Of a stretch of DNA of 64,000 nucleotides, positions 52,226-62,801 are shown in pieces. Location of the stretch: the IMG/VR virus record IMGVR_UViG_3300042922_000313, positions 3,079 through 67,078 of that record. One strand, written 5' to 3'. The stretch is from a virus. Under the pieces are notes generated by a model. It had not been told where the DNA came from and searched no databases. It was given only the letters and a program-made list of their open reading frames with translations. The translations under genes and the position numbers were made by a program. Positions within the stretch are counted from its first letter, which is position 1. Each line of letters starts with the position of its first letter.

Positions 52226-54630
52226 ATGTTAAAGGAAAACAATAAAACGTTTAAACAAATTGACAATTACATTAGGAAACACACTCCTACAGTGTTTTCA
52301 AGAGGTTGTGGTAAATCTGGAATGGTATTAAACATGATACAGATAAATTATGGTTTGGAGTTATATAAGGATGTTGTTAGAGATGCAACAGAGTATATGT
52401 CGTTTGAGCAAGTGCTAAAAAATGTTGTTGATGCAATATATCAAGTATATAAGGAGAGTGAAGAAGATGAGGAATGATAAAAAGTATTTGGCAATTACAT
52501 ATGCGTGTGTATGGTTGTTTATGCTTAATCTAGTATGGATGGGTCTAGAGTTGTTACCATACGGAGAAGTACAACATAGGATAGTAGATGATATTATTGC
52601 AATACCAATTCTATATTCATTTTATCTAAATGGATTGTATTACATAGAAAGAAAATACGGTGAATAATCACTTAGAATTTGGATTCCATTAGAAAGGAGA
52701 AAAGGAAATTAAAATGGAGAAGCAATTATCAAATGAAATTAAAGTACTAATGTTGCTAAGCAATGGCTCAATTGGACTTAGAAAGATACATAAAGAAGCT
52801 ACATTTCCGCAAATAGTTGAACACTTAAAAGATTATCGCTCTGTCAGGAACAATATAGTACCAAAAGAAGTAGAATTGGAAACGTGGAACGGACATAAAG
52901 GCTGGAGTTGCCCTAGCTGCGGTCAGTGGTGTTATGAGGAACACAACTATAATTATTGCGGTCGATGCGGTCAGAAGTTTCTACATGAAGAAAAATAATA
53001 TAGAATGTCCGATTGTTGTGATGTTCAGAAAGAGAGGTGTAGAGTGAGGCTAATTGATGCTGACGCTATGTTAAAAAGAAATGAACATAGTATATATGAT
53101 ACAACTGACTTGAAAGAAATGCTTGATTATGAGCCTACAGTCTATGATGTAGATAAGGTTGTTGAGCAGATAAAAGAAAATGTAAAAGAAAAATGTGCAT
53201 GTGGTCTTAAATGTAAAGGATGTATTATAGAGTCAAATTGTGGGATTATAGAAACTATATCTATTGTAAAAGGAGCTATCAAGGATGAATAAACAAGAGA
53301 TTGAAAAAGACCTAGAAATATTAAAGTATTATGAATCAGAACCTTATTTCTTTTCAAAAGATATGACAGCACTACATGCATTCAGAAGAGCAATATCGGC
53401 ATATGAGCAGCAATTACATAACGGATGGATACCAGTATATGAACAATTACCCATTATACCACAAGAAAAGACTGACGAAGGATTTAATAGAGTAGCTGTA
53501 TTAGTTACATCAAAACACGAAGATATGACGGTTATTGAATGGTATGATCCAGAAGAGGGTGTCTTTTATGATGATTGGGATTTGTTGGCTAGTAAAGATG
53601 AATATGTAACAGCGTGGATGCCGTTACCGAAGCAATATACAACCAAATGAAAGATTTATTGGACGAAAGGAGATATTATGAAAATTGCTTATATATTGTG
53701 TAACAACAGTTCATTATTTGATGGGGCTGGACGTTATGATTTGGTACTAGAAGATAGAACTGTAATTGCACATCATGGATGTTCTAATCGGAGCTTTGCT
53801 AATCATGACTTAACGGTTTGGAAATTGAAAGAACTAAAAGAAAATGAAGTTAATATAGTAATGAGTGGCGATAAAGTTGTATGGTCAAAAGATGGTGACA
53901 ATTTAGAAACAATGAGAGAATTTTATATAGCTAATAACAATTACGAATCTAAACATTGTTACGGATTTTCAGAGAATTGGAATTTAAGATTACGATAAGG
54001 AGAATGTAACATGAAAACAACACTAATAGAATGGGAAGAATTTAAATATAGTAATCCAATAATCAACTTTGGATGGTATCTAGTTGTGCTAAAGCCTAAG
54101 AATTGGAAAGAATGTGAAGACGGTGAATTGGACTATGCGGATTGGGTTTCTAGTTATGGATTTGAAAAGGCTTGGTATAACAATTCAAGGTTTTATGTAG
54201 CAAATCATCATGGATATGGAACAGAAGAAGTGACTGAGAGAGTTGGATTGTTCGCAAAATTACCGAAAGTATCACTATAAAGATAATTATGTATGAAGAA
54301 CAATAACAACAAAGGTACATTCTATTGCAAAGTTAGGAGGTGGAATATATGAATCAGTATTTAGATGATATTTTTGACGCCATATACGATGAAAATAAAG
54401 ATGAATATGGAGAAATGTATTCAAGTGTTTATAAATATGAATGCCGTAATATGTGTAATACACTTGACGATATGATAAGAATTTTAATGACTTATTTTAC
54501 TATTAATGAATCTGATGTTGCTAAGTTAATTGTATTGTCAGAACAAAGGCACATTGGAAATGATTTAGAAATTGATTATAACAAACTTGAAAAAGTATCC
54601 GAAAATATACTTCTTAGTATTTTGTGTTAG
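52226..54630 (+). CDS. Run of small hypothetical genes (includes Zn-ribbon 52714-52998 and DUF551-like 53285-53650)
   Basis: CPSCG..YCGRCGQ; GWIPVYEQLP...VTAWMPLP; SDs present. Confidence 0.6.
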
Positions 54631-54689
54631 GCAAGAGTATTCTACAAAGAGATAAAAGTGCATTATGATATACAATGCACTTTAATGAG

Positions 54690-54959
54690 CTAATCTATTT
54701 GATTTATAATTTGTTCTTTAATCGTATCATATGTGCTAAAGATTTGAACTACTATGAATATATTAAACAATGGAAGTAATAGAGTACATATTGTGACCAT
54801 CAAACCATTTTTATCATATAATTTATCCCGTGCAGTATTAACTTTCTCTTTAGAATAAATCGCTTTTAATTCTTTGAACATTTTATGTTTGACATAAAAT
54901 ACTGCTAAAGTTGAAAATAATACGCTAACTATATAAGCTTGAAAAAGAATAATTGACAT
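54690..54959 (-). CDS. Small two-TM membrane protein in reverse orientation
   Basis: Two hydrophobic helices; GGTGGTG SD; convergent hairpin at 54654-54683. Confidence 0.55.
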   Translation of the reverse strand: MSIILFQAYIVSVLFSTLAVFYVKHKMFKELKAIYSKEKVNTARDKLYDKNGLMVTICTLLLPLFNIFIVVQIFSTYDTIKEQIINQID

Positions 54960-55276
54960 ATTGCAATCACCACCCGTATTTTAATATTTAATTATATTAT
55001 GAAATGGTTGAATATATGATTGCAAAAACTAATAAATCTGCAATTCGATTAGAAAGAAAAGAAAGGAGTATTAAATAATGGATGATCAAGTATTAAAATA
55101 TTTCAAGTTATGCAACCAAAGATATAGATTAGATAATGCAATCAATTATTTATCGCATTCGAATAAGAAAGATGGTTTTGAGTATGAAGTACTGGATTAT
55201 GCCAAAGATGAAATTGCTAAAGTAAATATGAGAATTAATGGAATGAAAAGAAAACTTGGCATTAGATAATATATAT

Positions 55277-55567
55277 TTACCTTAACACCCAGCGTGACTC
55301 TCGTACATAATAATCAAGAATGACTTCGTGCTGCCTACCATAATTAGTACAGAAACAGCAGTATGATATTATATTACCTTTATTAGTGAATGATTTAATA
55401 GCATCAATTTTAATGGTATGTTGTAATCCTTCAGAATCAATAAAACCGAAATGAGTAGGTCGCATTTTACCTTCAGAAGAGAATATTGCTCTAACTGGAA
55501 CGACTTTAAGTTTATCGAAATCGATTTGTTCTTTCTTAGGATTGGGATAGTTGCCAAATGCTCCCAT
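55277..55567 (-). CDS. Hypothetical protein in reverse orientation
   Basis: AAGGAG SD; VPVRAIFSSEGKMRP...YCC..W pattern. Confidence 0.6.
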   Translation of the reverse strand: MGAFGNYPNPKKEQIDFDKLKVVPVRAIFSSEGKMRPTHFGFIDSEGLQHTIKIDAIKSFTNKGNIISYCCFCTNYGRQHEVILDYYVRESRWVLR

Positions 55568-55636
55568 AGTAGTATCAACTCCTTTGATTATAGTATATCA
55601 AAATAAGTGGGAATCAACAATAAAATATTTTTAAGA

Positions 55637-55682
55637 TAATATATATAAAACTATTGACAATGATTTGTAGAGGTGATATAAT
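55637..55682 (+). promoter_or_regulatory. Consensus sigma-A promoter with TAATATATATAAAAC box
   Basis: Box 55637-51, TTGACA 55654-59, 17 bp, TG-n-TATAAT 55677-82. Confidence 0.85.
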
Positions 55683-55765
55683 ACTTATTGTAACAGAGAA
55701 GAAATTACATAGAAACAGTGAACGTAGTAAATATAAAACAGAAAACAAGAAAAAAGGAGAACGAA

Positions 55766-56056
55766 ATGAAAACAACTGGAATTATTAGGAGAATCGATGA
55801 TTTAGGAAGGGTAGCTATACCAAAGGAAATTAGAAGAACTATGGGAATACATGAAGGTGATCCATTGGAAATATTCACGGAGAATGATGGAATTATATTT
55901 AAGAAGTACAATACTGGAGAAAATATAGCAGAACTAGTTAGAGGAATTATAATTGATATCAATGACAATATGTTTGAAGTCGATATTACATACGATAATA
56001 AGCAGAAAGTGCTAATGCTATTAAAGGAAGCAACTAAAATATTAGATAATAAATAA
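55766..56056 (+). CDS. AbrB/SpoVT-family transcription regulator
   Basis: MKTTGIIRRIDDLGRVAIPKEIRRTMGIHEGDPLEIF; ATG after AAGGAG. Confidence 0.85.
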   Translation: MKTTGIIRRIDDLGRVAIPKEIRRTMGIHEGDPLEIFTENDGIIFKKYNTGENIAELVRGIIIDINDNMFEVDITYDNKQKVLMLLKEATKILDNK

Positions 56057-56103
56057 TCACAAAGAAGACTGAATTGGTTTGATAATTTGAAAGGAGAAGT
56101 AGT

Positions 56104-58665
56104 ATGGATGATATAATAGAAAGACACAGAGAAGAGTATTTTGATTGGTTGCGGTTAAGTTATGAATTAAGTCATAGTTTTGATACTTTGAGTGGAACAC
56201 ATTACATCTATCACTCACAAACTATTAATAATAAGTGTGTCAGTTTTGAGATTTTTGAAGACAAATATATATCTGGAACAAAATATAGTTTGTGTATAAT
56301 CAACAATGGATCAGCAGGAAACTTAATTGCCATACAAATAGCAGACGACTCAGAAGAAGGTGTAGATAATTTATTTAAACAGTTAGAGAGTTATGAAAAC
56401 ATAGTTAAGCAATAAAGATCGTGTATTTCACGTTAAAAAAGGAGAGTTATGGACGAATATAAAATTGAGTTTTATAAGAATGATGAAGAAATAGACATTT
56501 CAGAATTACCTGATGAATACTTAAATGGAATTATTCTATTGTGTCAAAGCGAAATTGCAAACAGAGAAAGATTAGAAAGAGTTTTTAAAAGAATGTTTAA
56601 CTAAATAATAACATCAATCTGGAATTTGGTATGAAAAAATATAAAGAAAGGAATATAAAAACAATGGGAATGTATACTCAGGTAAGAGGTTGGCTAAACA
56701 TAGACAGCATAGGAGATTATGAAGGTAAGAATTTTGAAGAGATCGAAAGAAAGTTGTTATCTGCACAAGAAGGATTTCAAAGAGATACTACTATTAAATC
56801 GGATAGGAGATGGGTATGTTATGATACATATGCACACAGAGGCGGTAACGGTAGCGTATATATTTTCTTTGGTACTGAATTAAAGAATTATGATAGCGAC
56901 GCTGAACAGTGGATTAAATATTTATTAAACTTCTTTCCGAATGCAGAAGGTAGAATCGATTTTCAGTATGAAGAAGATGAATATCACTATTATTATTGGT
57001 TGATAGCAAAAGGTAAAATAGTAAAAGAAGACACAGAAGAGATTTATTGTGAAGGATATGGAAACATGTATAAATAACCACATCAATTGTGATATTGGTG
57101 TGAAAAAAGAAAAGGAGATAGTATGGAAAATTTTGATGAAAAGTTAGTTGATTTAATACAGAAGAAAATTATTACAGATATTTCAAAACAGGAATTAGTT
57201 TCTGTGGCATATGGTGACAGAATTCCATTACCTAGCACTTTAATTAAAGAAGTGTATCAGTCATTAGATTTAGAAAAGATTAAATTAAGACTAAAAGAAA
57301 ATCTTGAAAATGAAATGGCTGATAAAATTGCAAATAAGTTGCTTACTGAATACTCGAATGATATTAAACAGATTATGAGTAACCGTGAGTTAAGAGAAGA
57401 TTTACGCCATTATGCTAGAGAAAAAATAAGAGCAATCGCAGAATCGGTTAGTGGATAAATACTTTAAATCAATTCATTAAAGTGTAAAGGAGGAATTATG
57501 GATAATAACAAAATATTACAAACAGAAAATATAAATAGTTTCTTTGTTATTGTAGCAGATAGAGATGGTGTTAGAAAGTATATTAGTAGAACTTTCCCAA
57601 GAGTGTTTCAATATACAATAAAATTAAATCAAGTACAAAGATTTAATACTGAAGAACAAGCTAATAAATTCATCAAAGGATTTAATGATTATGGCAAATA
57701 TGTAATTGAAAATCCAAAAATAAGGAAAGTTTATAAACAATTAAGATTATTATAGAAACAATATAAAACTAAGTATTGATAGTAAAATTTGAAAGGAGAG
57801 AATATGAGAAATTTTAGTGAAGAGAATATTAATAATATGGTTATTAAACCACACAATATTGTATTCGCATGGACAAGTGAACCTGATTATGAAATGAATA
57901 GAATAATGGTATTAAACAATATTGAAGGACTTGACAAGTGGGATGAATACTTAGTTTTAGAAGGTGGACACTGTAGTTGTTATGATTTTGATGAAACATC
58001 GTGGTGTGGTACTGTTTATACAAAACAAGAATTATTAGCAATAGCCAATGCTGAGTACAATAAGAATAACACATTTTGGGATATGGTGAGTAGTTATTTA
58101 TAAAATCAAATACGAATTCTAACGTATAAAGTATAAAGCAATAAAGGAGAATGAAAGAAATGAAGAAGAAAGTAATTACAGCAATATTAACAGTAGTATT
58201 AATGATTTCATTAACAGGATGTACAGAGAAAACAATGGCTAAGAATTTTGGTGGAGATATGACAATTGATTTACCAGCTAATCAGAAGTTAGAAATGATC
58301 ACATGGAAAGACGATGATTCACTTTGGTACTTAACTAAGCCAATGACAGAAGAAAATGTAGCTGAGACACATACGTTCCAACAAGACAGTTCATGGGGTA
58401 TTTTTGAAGGTACTGTAACTATTGTTGAGAGTAAGACAGAATAGGAGATTATACAATGAATAAAAAGTTATTTGGATATTCAATTGGAAATGAATTAGCC
58501 GTAGGAATTTGTAAGGCAGAAACAGTAAAAGAAGTAACTAACCATTTATATGATACATACCCATTAAAAAGAGATTTTATATTTGTCAAAGAGATTACAG
58601 ATGAAGAATTGGATGAATATGATTTAGTGGAAATTCATACAGAAGACGAAGATGAATTATTTTAA
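56104..58665 (+). CDS. Run of hypothetical genes bounded by junction sites (includes lipoprotein 58151-58444)
   Basis: ORFs 56104, 56449, 56664, 57123, 57498, 57804, 58160, 58456; LTGC lipobox in 58151-58444. Confidence 0.6.
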
Positions 58666-58716
58666 CAAATAAATGTAACATTTGATATTATTAAATCAAA
58701 ATAATTGAGGTGAAGA

Positions 58717-59265
58717 ATGGAAGATAGGGTATATCGACAAGGAAGAATAGTATTTTTATCAGGTGTAATAACACAAGAATCTGCCGGAGAAGTTATCAAT
58801 CACCTTCTCAATTTAATTCAATATGATGATCAAGAAGACGAAAAACAGAAAGAATACAAGAGAGAAGATATTAAACTATTTATTAAGTCTAATGGTGGAA
58901 CCGTGACTGATATGTTTGGGATGATTGATTTAATAGAAAGTAGTAAAACACCAATTAATACATATGCAATAGGTAACATAGCTAGTGCCGCTGTTCCATT
59001 ATTTATTAGTGGAAAGAAAAGATATATCTATAAAAACACAGAAGTCATGATACATACATGCTCCGGTGGAACTAGAGGAAAAATTCAAGATATGATTGAA
59101 ACTATTAAGAATGTAGAAGATACACAAGTAATGATTGATAATTATATTTTGTCAAAGACAAAGATTGCCAAAGAAAGATTAGTTGAAGTGAGAGAAAAGA
59201 AACTTGATTGGTATTTATATGCCGATGAAGCGGTTAAATTAGGAATTGCGGATGAGATTTTATAG
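58717..59265 (+). CDS. clpP: ClpP-family protease subunit
   Basis: RIVFLSG.I, IKSNGG.V, IASAA (Ser), VMIH (His), DWYLYADEAVKLGIADEI. Confidence 0.85.
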   Translation: MEDRVYRQGRIVFLSGVITQESAGEVINHLLNLIQYDDQEDEKQKEYKREDIKLFIKSNGGTVTDMFGMIDLIESSKTPINTYAIGNIASAAVPLFISGKKRYIYKNTEVMIHTCSGGTRGKIQDMIETIKNVEDTQVMIDNYILSKTKIAKERLVEVREKKLDWYLYADEAVKLGIADEIL

Positions 59266-59299
59266 AAGAGGTATTTTATTAGATGAAAGGAGAAAATAG

Positions 59300-61263
59300 A
59301 TGAAAGTAAATATTGAAATGAATAATCTTGAATTATTAATTCAAGAAGCTATGAGCAAAAATATTGAAACGGTTATTAAAGACGAAGTTAATAAAACAAT
59401 AAATAAAACTATTGAAAAGGAAACAAAAGGTGTAGTAGATGAAATCGTGCAAATGAAAATGAATGAGTTTGTAAAGGAATACATAGAAAAAGCAGTTATT
59501 ACAGTTGGTGGAGGATTTTACTCTAAAGAAGAAGCTCAGACATATACAGTTGAACAATACATAAGAAAAGAGTTAGCTGACGTTCTTTCATCAAAATCAT
59601 TAAAAGTCAAGAAGAACGACAGATACAATGATAGTTATGAAAGCATTTCATTTGAAGAATTTATTAAGAGATCATTTAATCCTGAAGAAATTGTAAGGAA
59701 GGAACTAACTAAATTCATAGATGATACAAAGAAAGAAATTAATCAAAAAATTAATGATACATTTACAAGTGTAACTAAAAATATGCTTTCCGAGACAGTG
59801 TTTAATGTACTTATGAAAAACGATACCTTTGTGCAGCTTAATAATAGTATTAAATGTATTACCGATAAGAAGGAATAACCTATGGAAGAAATCATTCAAG
59901 ATTGGGAAAGTTGCGAATACATACATACCACATATTATGAATATGATACGGGATATTCTGAATATGGATGTTGCCTGACTGGGTTTGGATGCTTAGGAGA
60001 TAAGTATTGTCCATTGTGTTTCAAGTATAAAAAAGATGAATAGAATAGAGGGTTTATGTTATTTTTTGAAAGGAGAAATTAGATGAAAGTTTATGTAGTA
60101 ACAACAGGAAGCTATTCTGACTATGGAATTGATAAAGTTTTTACAAACAAAGAGAAAGCAGAAGAATACGCAGAATGGTTGGAAGATTCAAACGATGTAG
60201 AAGAATATGAAACTGATGATAATGTTAGTTTTGAAAAGTTACACAACGTTCATGTTCAAATGAAGGTTTATGATAATGGAAAAGAGGATTTGAGTTATAG
60301 AGTTTATAAAACAAAAGATAAATGCAATAGTTATACTTATTTATCAGATTATCATAAATACGGAGGAGATTATATTGACATTACTCTAAGTCGTTATGTA
60401 ACTAATGAAAATTTTAATGAAGAATTCTACAGAAATAAATATACTAAAGCCATTTATGATGTACTAGCAATCATTAGAAGTAAACTAGCCGATGGATATA
60501 ATGAGAAGGAAATTAATGAATTGCTAAATAATATAGAATCAATGTGATATTTGGTGGTTAAAGTGAACAATATTAAACAATGAAAAGGAGAAAAAATGGC
60601 ATTATTATTAACTGTAGTATTTTTATTTTTTGTTATCGTGGGTTTTACAAGAGATTGGGATGAAGATGGTTGCGGTATTCTTGTAGTAGGATTTCTAATT
60701 GGATTAGTTATAACTTCAATTTTTGGAGGATTAGTTATTAACGGAAGAACAATTCAAGCTAAAATTGAAATGTATCAAGAAGAAAATACCAACATTGAAG
60801 AAAGTATGGATTTATTAGTACAAAAGTATATGAATTATGAATCTGATACATATGGTGATTTGAAGGGTGAAAGTAGTATTACACTAGTATCTCTTTATCC
60901 TGAGTTAAAAGCAGATACGTTAGTAGAGCAACAATTAGTTATTTACGTTGAAAATAACAATAAGATTAAAAGCCTAAAAGAAAAACAAATTAATATCAGT
61001 AATTATAGATGGTGGCTTTATTTTGGAAAATAACATCAATCAGGTGTTTGATGTTCTTTAGGAAGGAGATGGCAATGGATATCAGAGAAGCTCTACAAAG
61101 AATTAAACAAGATTTTGACGAGAACATTGGAGAAGAAGGTTATAAAGAAGAATTTAGCGATGTACTAGAAGCAGAATCTATATTAATACAATTTGTCAGC
61201 GCAGTATTAAAAGAACCATGTGATTTAAAATATAACTGGGAACACAGAACTGGAATAAATTAA
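59300..61263 (+). CDS. Hypothetical genes 59300-59878, 60083-60547, 60596-61033 (membrane), 61075-61263
   Basis: AAGGAG SDs; junction sites at 59262, 60040, 60538, 61035. Confidence 0.6.
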
Positions 61264-61287
61264 AATTAAAAGGAGAAAGAGGATTAT

Positions 61288-61536
61288 ATGAACTTAAATG
61301 AAACAGTAGAAATGATGAATAGTGTAGATTACAAGGAAAGATTTAGAGCAGAGTATTTACAATTAAAGATTAGAATGAGTGGATTAAGTGCAATGTTGAA
61401 GAAATACAAAGAAGGAACTTTGCCATTTATTCCGTCATGTAGTTATGATTTGTTAAATGCTCAGTTTAGAGCTATGGACTTATATGCTTCATTTCTTGAG
61501 GACAGAGCAGCGGTTGAGGATATTGATCTAAATTAA
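61288..61536 (+). CDS. crAss001_48-like small helical protein
   Basis: MNS.DYKERFRAEY.QLKIR...L..Q..AM..Y...LE.RA pattern. Confidence 0.55.
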   Translation: MNLNETVEMMNSVDYKERFRAEYLQLKIRMSGLSAMLKKYKEGTLPFIPSCSYDLLNAQFRAMDLYASFLEDRAAVEDIDLN

Positions 61537-61590
61537 CAACCAAACAAGTCTTTGATGTTATATATTAAACTATAAGAGAGGTAAAATGAA

Positions 61591-62376
61591 TTGTTAAAAA
61601 TAAATGGAGAATTAGTTGGTAATACATGTTTTCCAAACAATGAGCGAATATTAAAATCGGTTGATACTAGTGCTTATTTTAAATTTGAACTTACATACGA
61701 AGGTGATAACGATATTTTTACATTGATTATGTATAAAAGATATCTTGACGATATCTATCCAAGATCAACAAAAGAATTACATATGATGTATGTTCCTTAT
61801 TCAAGAATGGACAGAGAGATTGAAGGATTTATGTTTAGCTTAAAGTATTTCTGCCAGACTATCAATGAATTAAAGTTTGACAAAGTATATGTGTTTGATA
61901 CTCATTCAAATATAACTAAAGCATTATTAAACAGAAACCATGAGTTTAATGTATTTAACAATATTTATTACATATTCATGCAAGAAAATATAGACTATGT
62001 TTTTTATCCTGATGCCGGAGCAATGAAAAGATATTCTGAAATGTTAAAGCTGCCACTTGATACGCAATATTTCTTTGGTAATAAGAAACGTAATCTACAG
62101 ACAGGTGAGATTATTAAGTTTGAGTTAGTAGATGCGCCAGACTTAAATGACAAAACAGTATTAATAATTGATGATCTTTGTTCAAAAGGCGGCACGTTCT
62201 TAGCTTCAGCAAAAGAGATTAAGAATGTAGGAGCAAGTAAAGTACTATTGTATGTATCTCATTGCGAAAATTCAATATATGACGGAGGAGTTTTAAACAC
62301 TGATCTAATTGATAAAGTATATACAACTGATAGTATTTTACAGAATTTCAATCATCCGAAATTACATAAATTATAG
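61591..62376 (+). CDS. prs: PRPP-synthetase-like protein (NARP1 Adps candidate)
   Basis: FPNNE, YVPYSRMDR, DTHS, PDAGA, IIDDLCSKGGT PRT loop; adjacent to NAMPT-like gene. Confidence 0.8.
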   Translation: MLKINGELVGNTCFPNNERILKSVDTSAYFKFELTYEGDNDIFTLIMYKRYLDDIYPRSTKELHMMYVPYSRMDREIEGFMFSLKYFCQTINELKFDKVYVFDTHSNITKALLNRNHEFNVFNNIYYIFMQENIDYVFYPDAGAMKRYSEMLKLPLDTQYFFGNKKRNLQTGEIIKFELVDAPDLNDKTVLIIDDLCSKGGTFLASAKEIKNVGASKVLLYVSHCENSIYDGGVLNTDLIDKVYTTDSILQNFNHPKLHKL

Positions 62377-62384
62377 GAGATAAT

Positions 62385-62801
62385 ATGGATTACTATTTAG
62401 ACAACAATAACGCAATAGATAGATTAGTGGATGAATGGGTTAAATACAGAAAGATTATCGTAGCCTATGATTATGATGACACAGTGTTTGATTATTGGAG
62501 AAAAGGTAGGAAATATACAGATGTAATTAATCTATTACAAGAGTGCAGGAAATACGGTGCTTACTTTGTAGTATTTACCGCATGTGGGAAAGACCAAGAA
62601 GAATCAATTGCTAACTACCTTACAACAAACGATATTCCGTTTGATAAAATAAATGAAAACATTGACTTTATAACTTTTACTGGTAGAAAGATTTATTACA
62701 ATATTCTACTTGACGATAGATCAGGACTTAAATCAGCATACGAATGCTTATCAGAAGCACTAAAACAAATTAAAATTATAAGGAGATTAGAGAATGAGTA
62801 A
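62385..62801 (+). CDS. HAD-superfamily hydrolase
   Basis: IVAYDYDDTV, FTA, LLDDR. Confidence 0.65.
   Translation: MDYYLDNNNAIDRLVDEWVKYRKIIVAYDYDDTVFDYWRKGRKYTDVINLLQECRKYGAYFVVFTACGKDQEESIANYLTTNDIPFDKINENIDFITFTGRKIYYNILLDDRSGLKSAYECLSEALKQIKIIRRLENE

Larger units (their letters stand above)
30126..61556. repeat. Dispersed 18-bp palindromic junction sites (ATCAA-N8-TTGAT family), more than 40 copies at gene boundaries
   Basis: Examples: 30386, 31515, 32190, 33615, 35189, 36875, 37738, 38878, 41966, 42456, 42833, 43726, 55032, 56613, 57082, 57763, 58669, 59262, 60040, 60538, 61035, 61539. Confidence 0.85.

Noticed and set aside
30126-61556. Junction palindromes as intrinsic terminators or classical integron attC sites
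   Set aside because: Arms are only 5 AT-rich bases, often not complementary within a site, with no U-tract; no RYYYAAC/GTTRRRY ends or long attC hairpin
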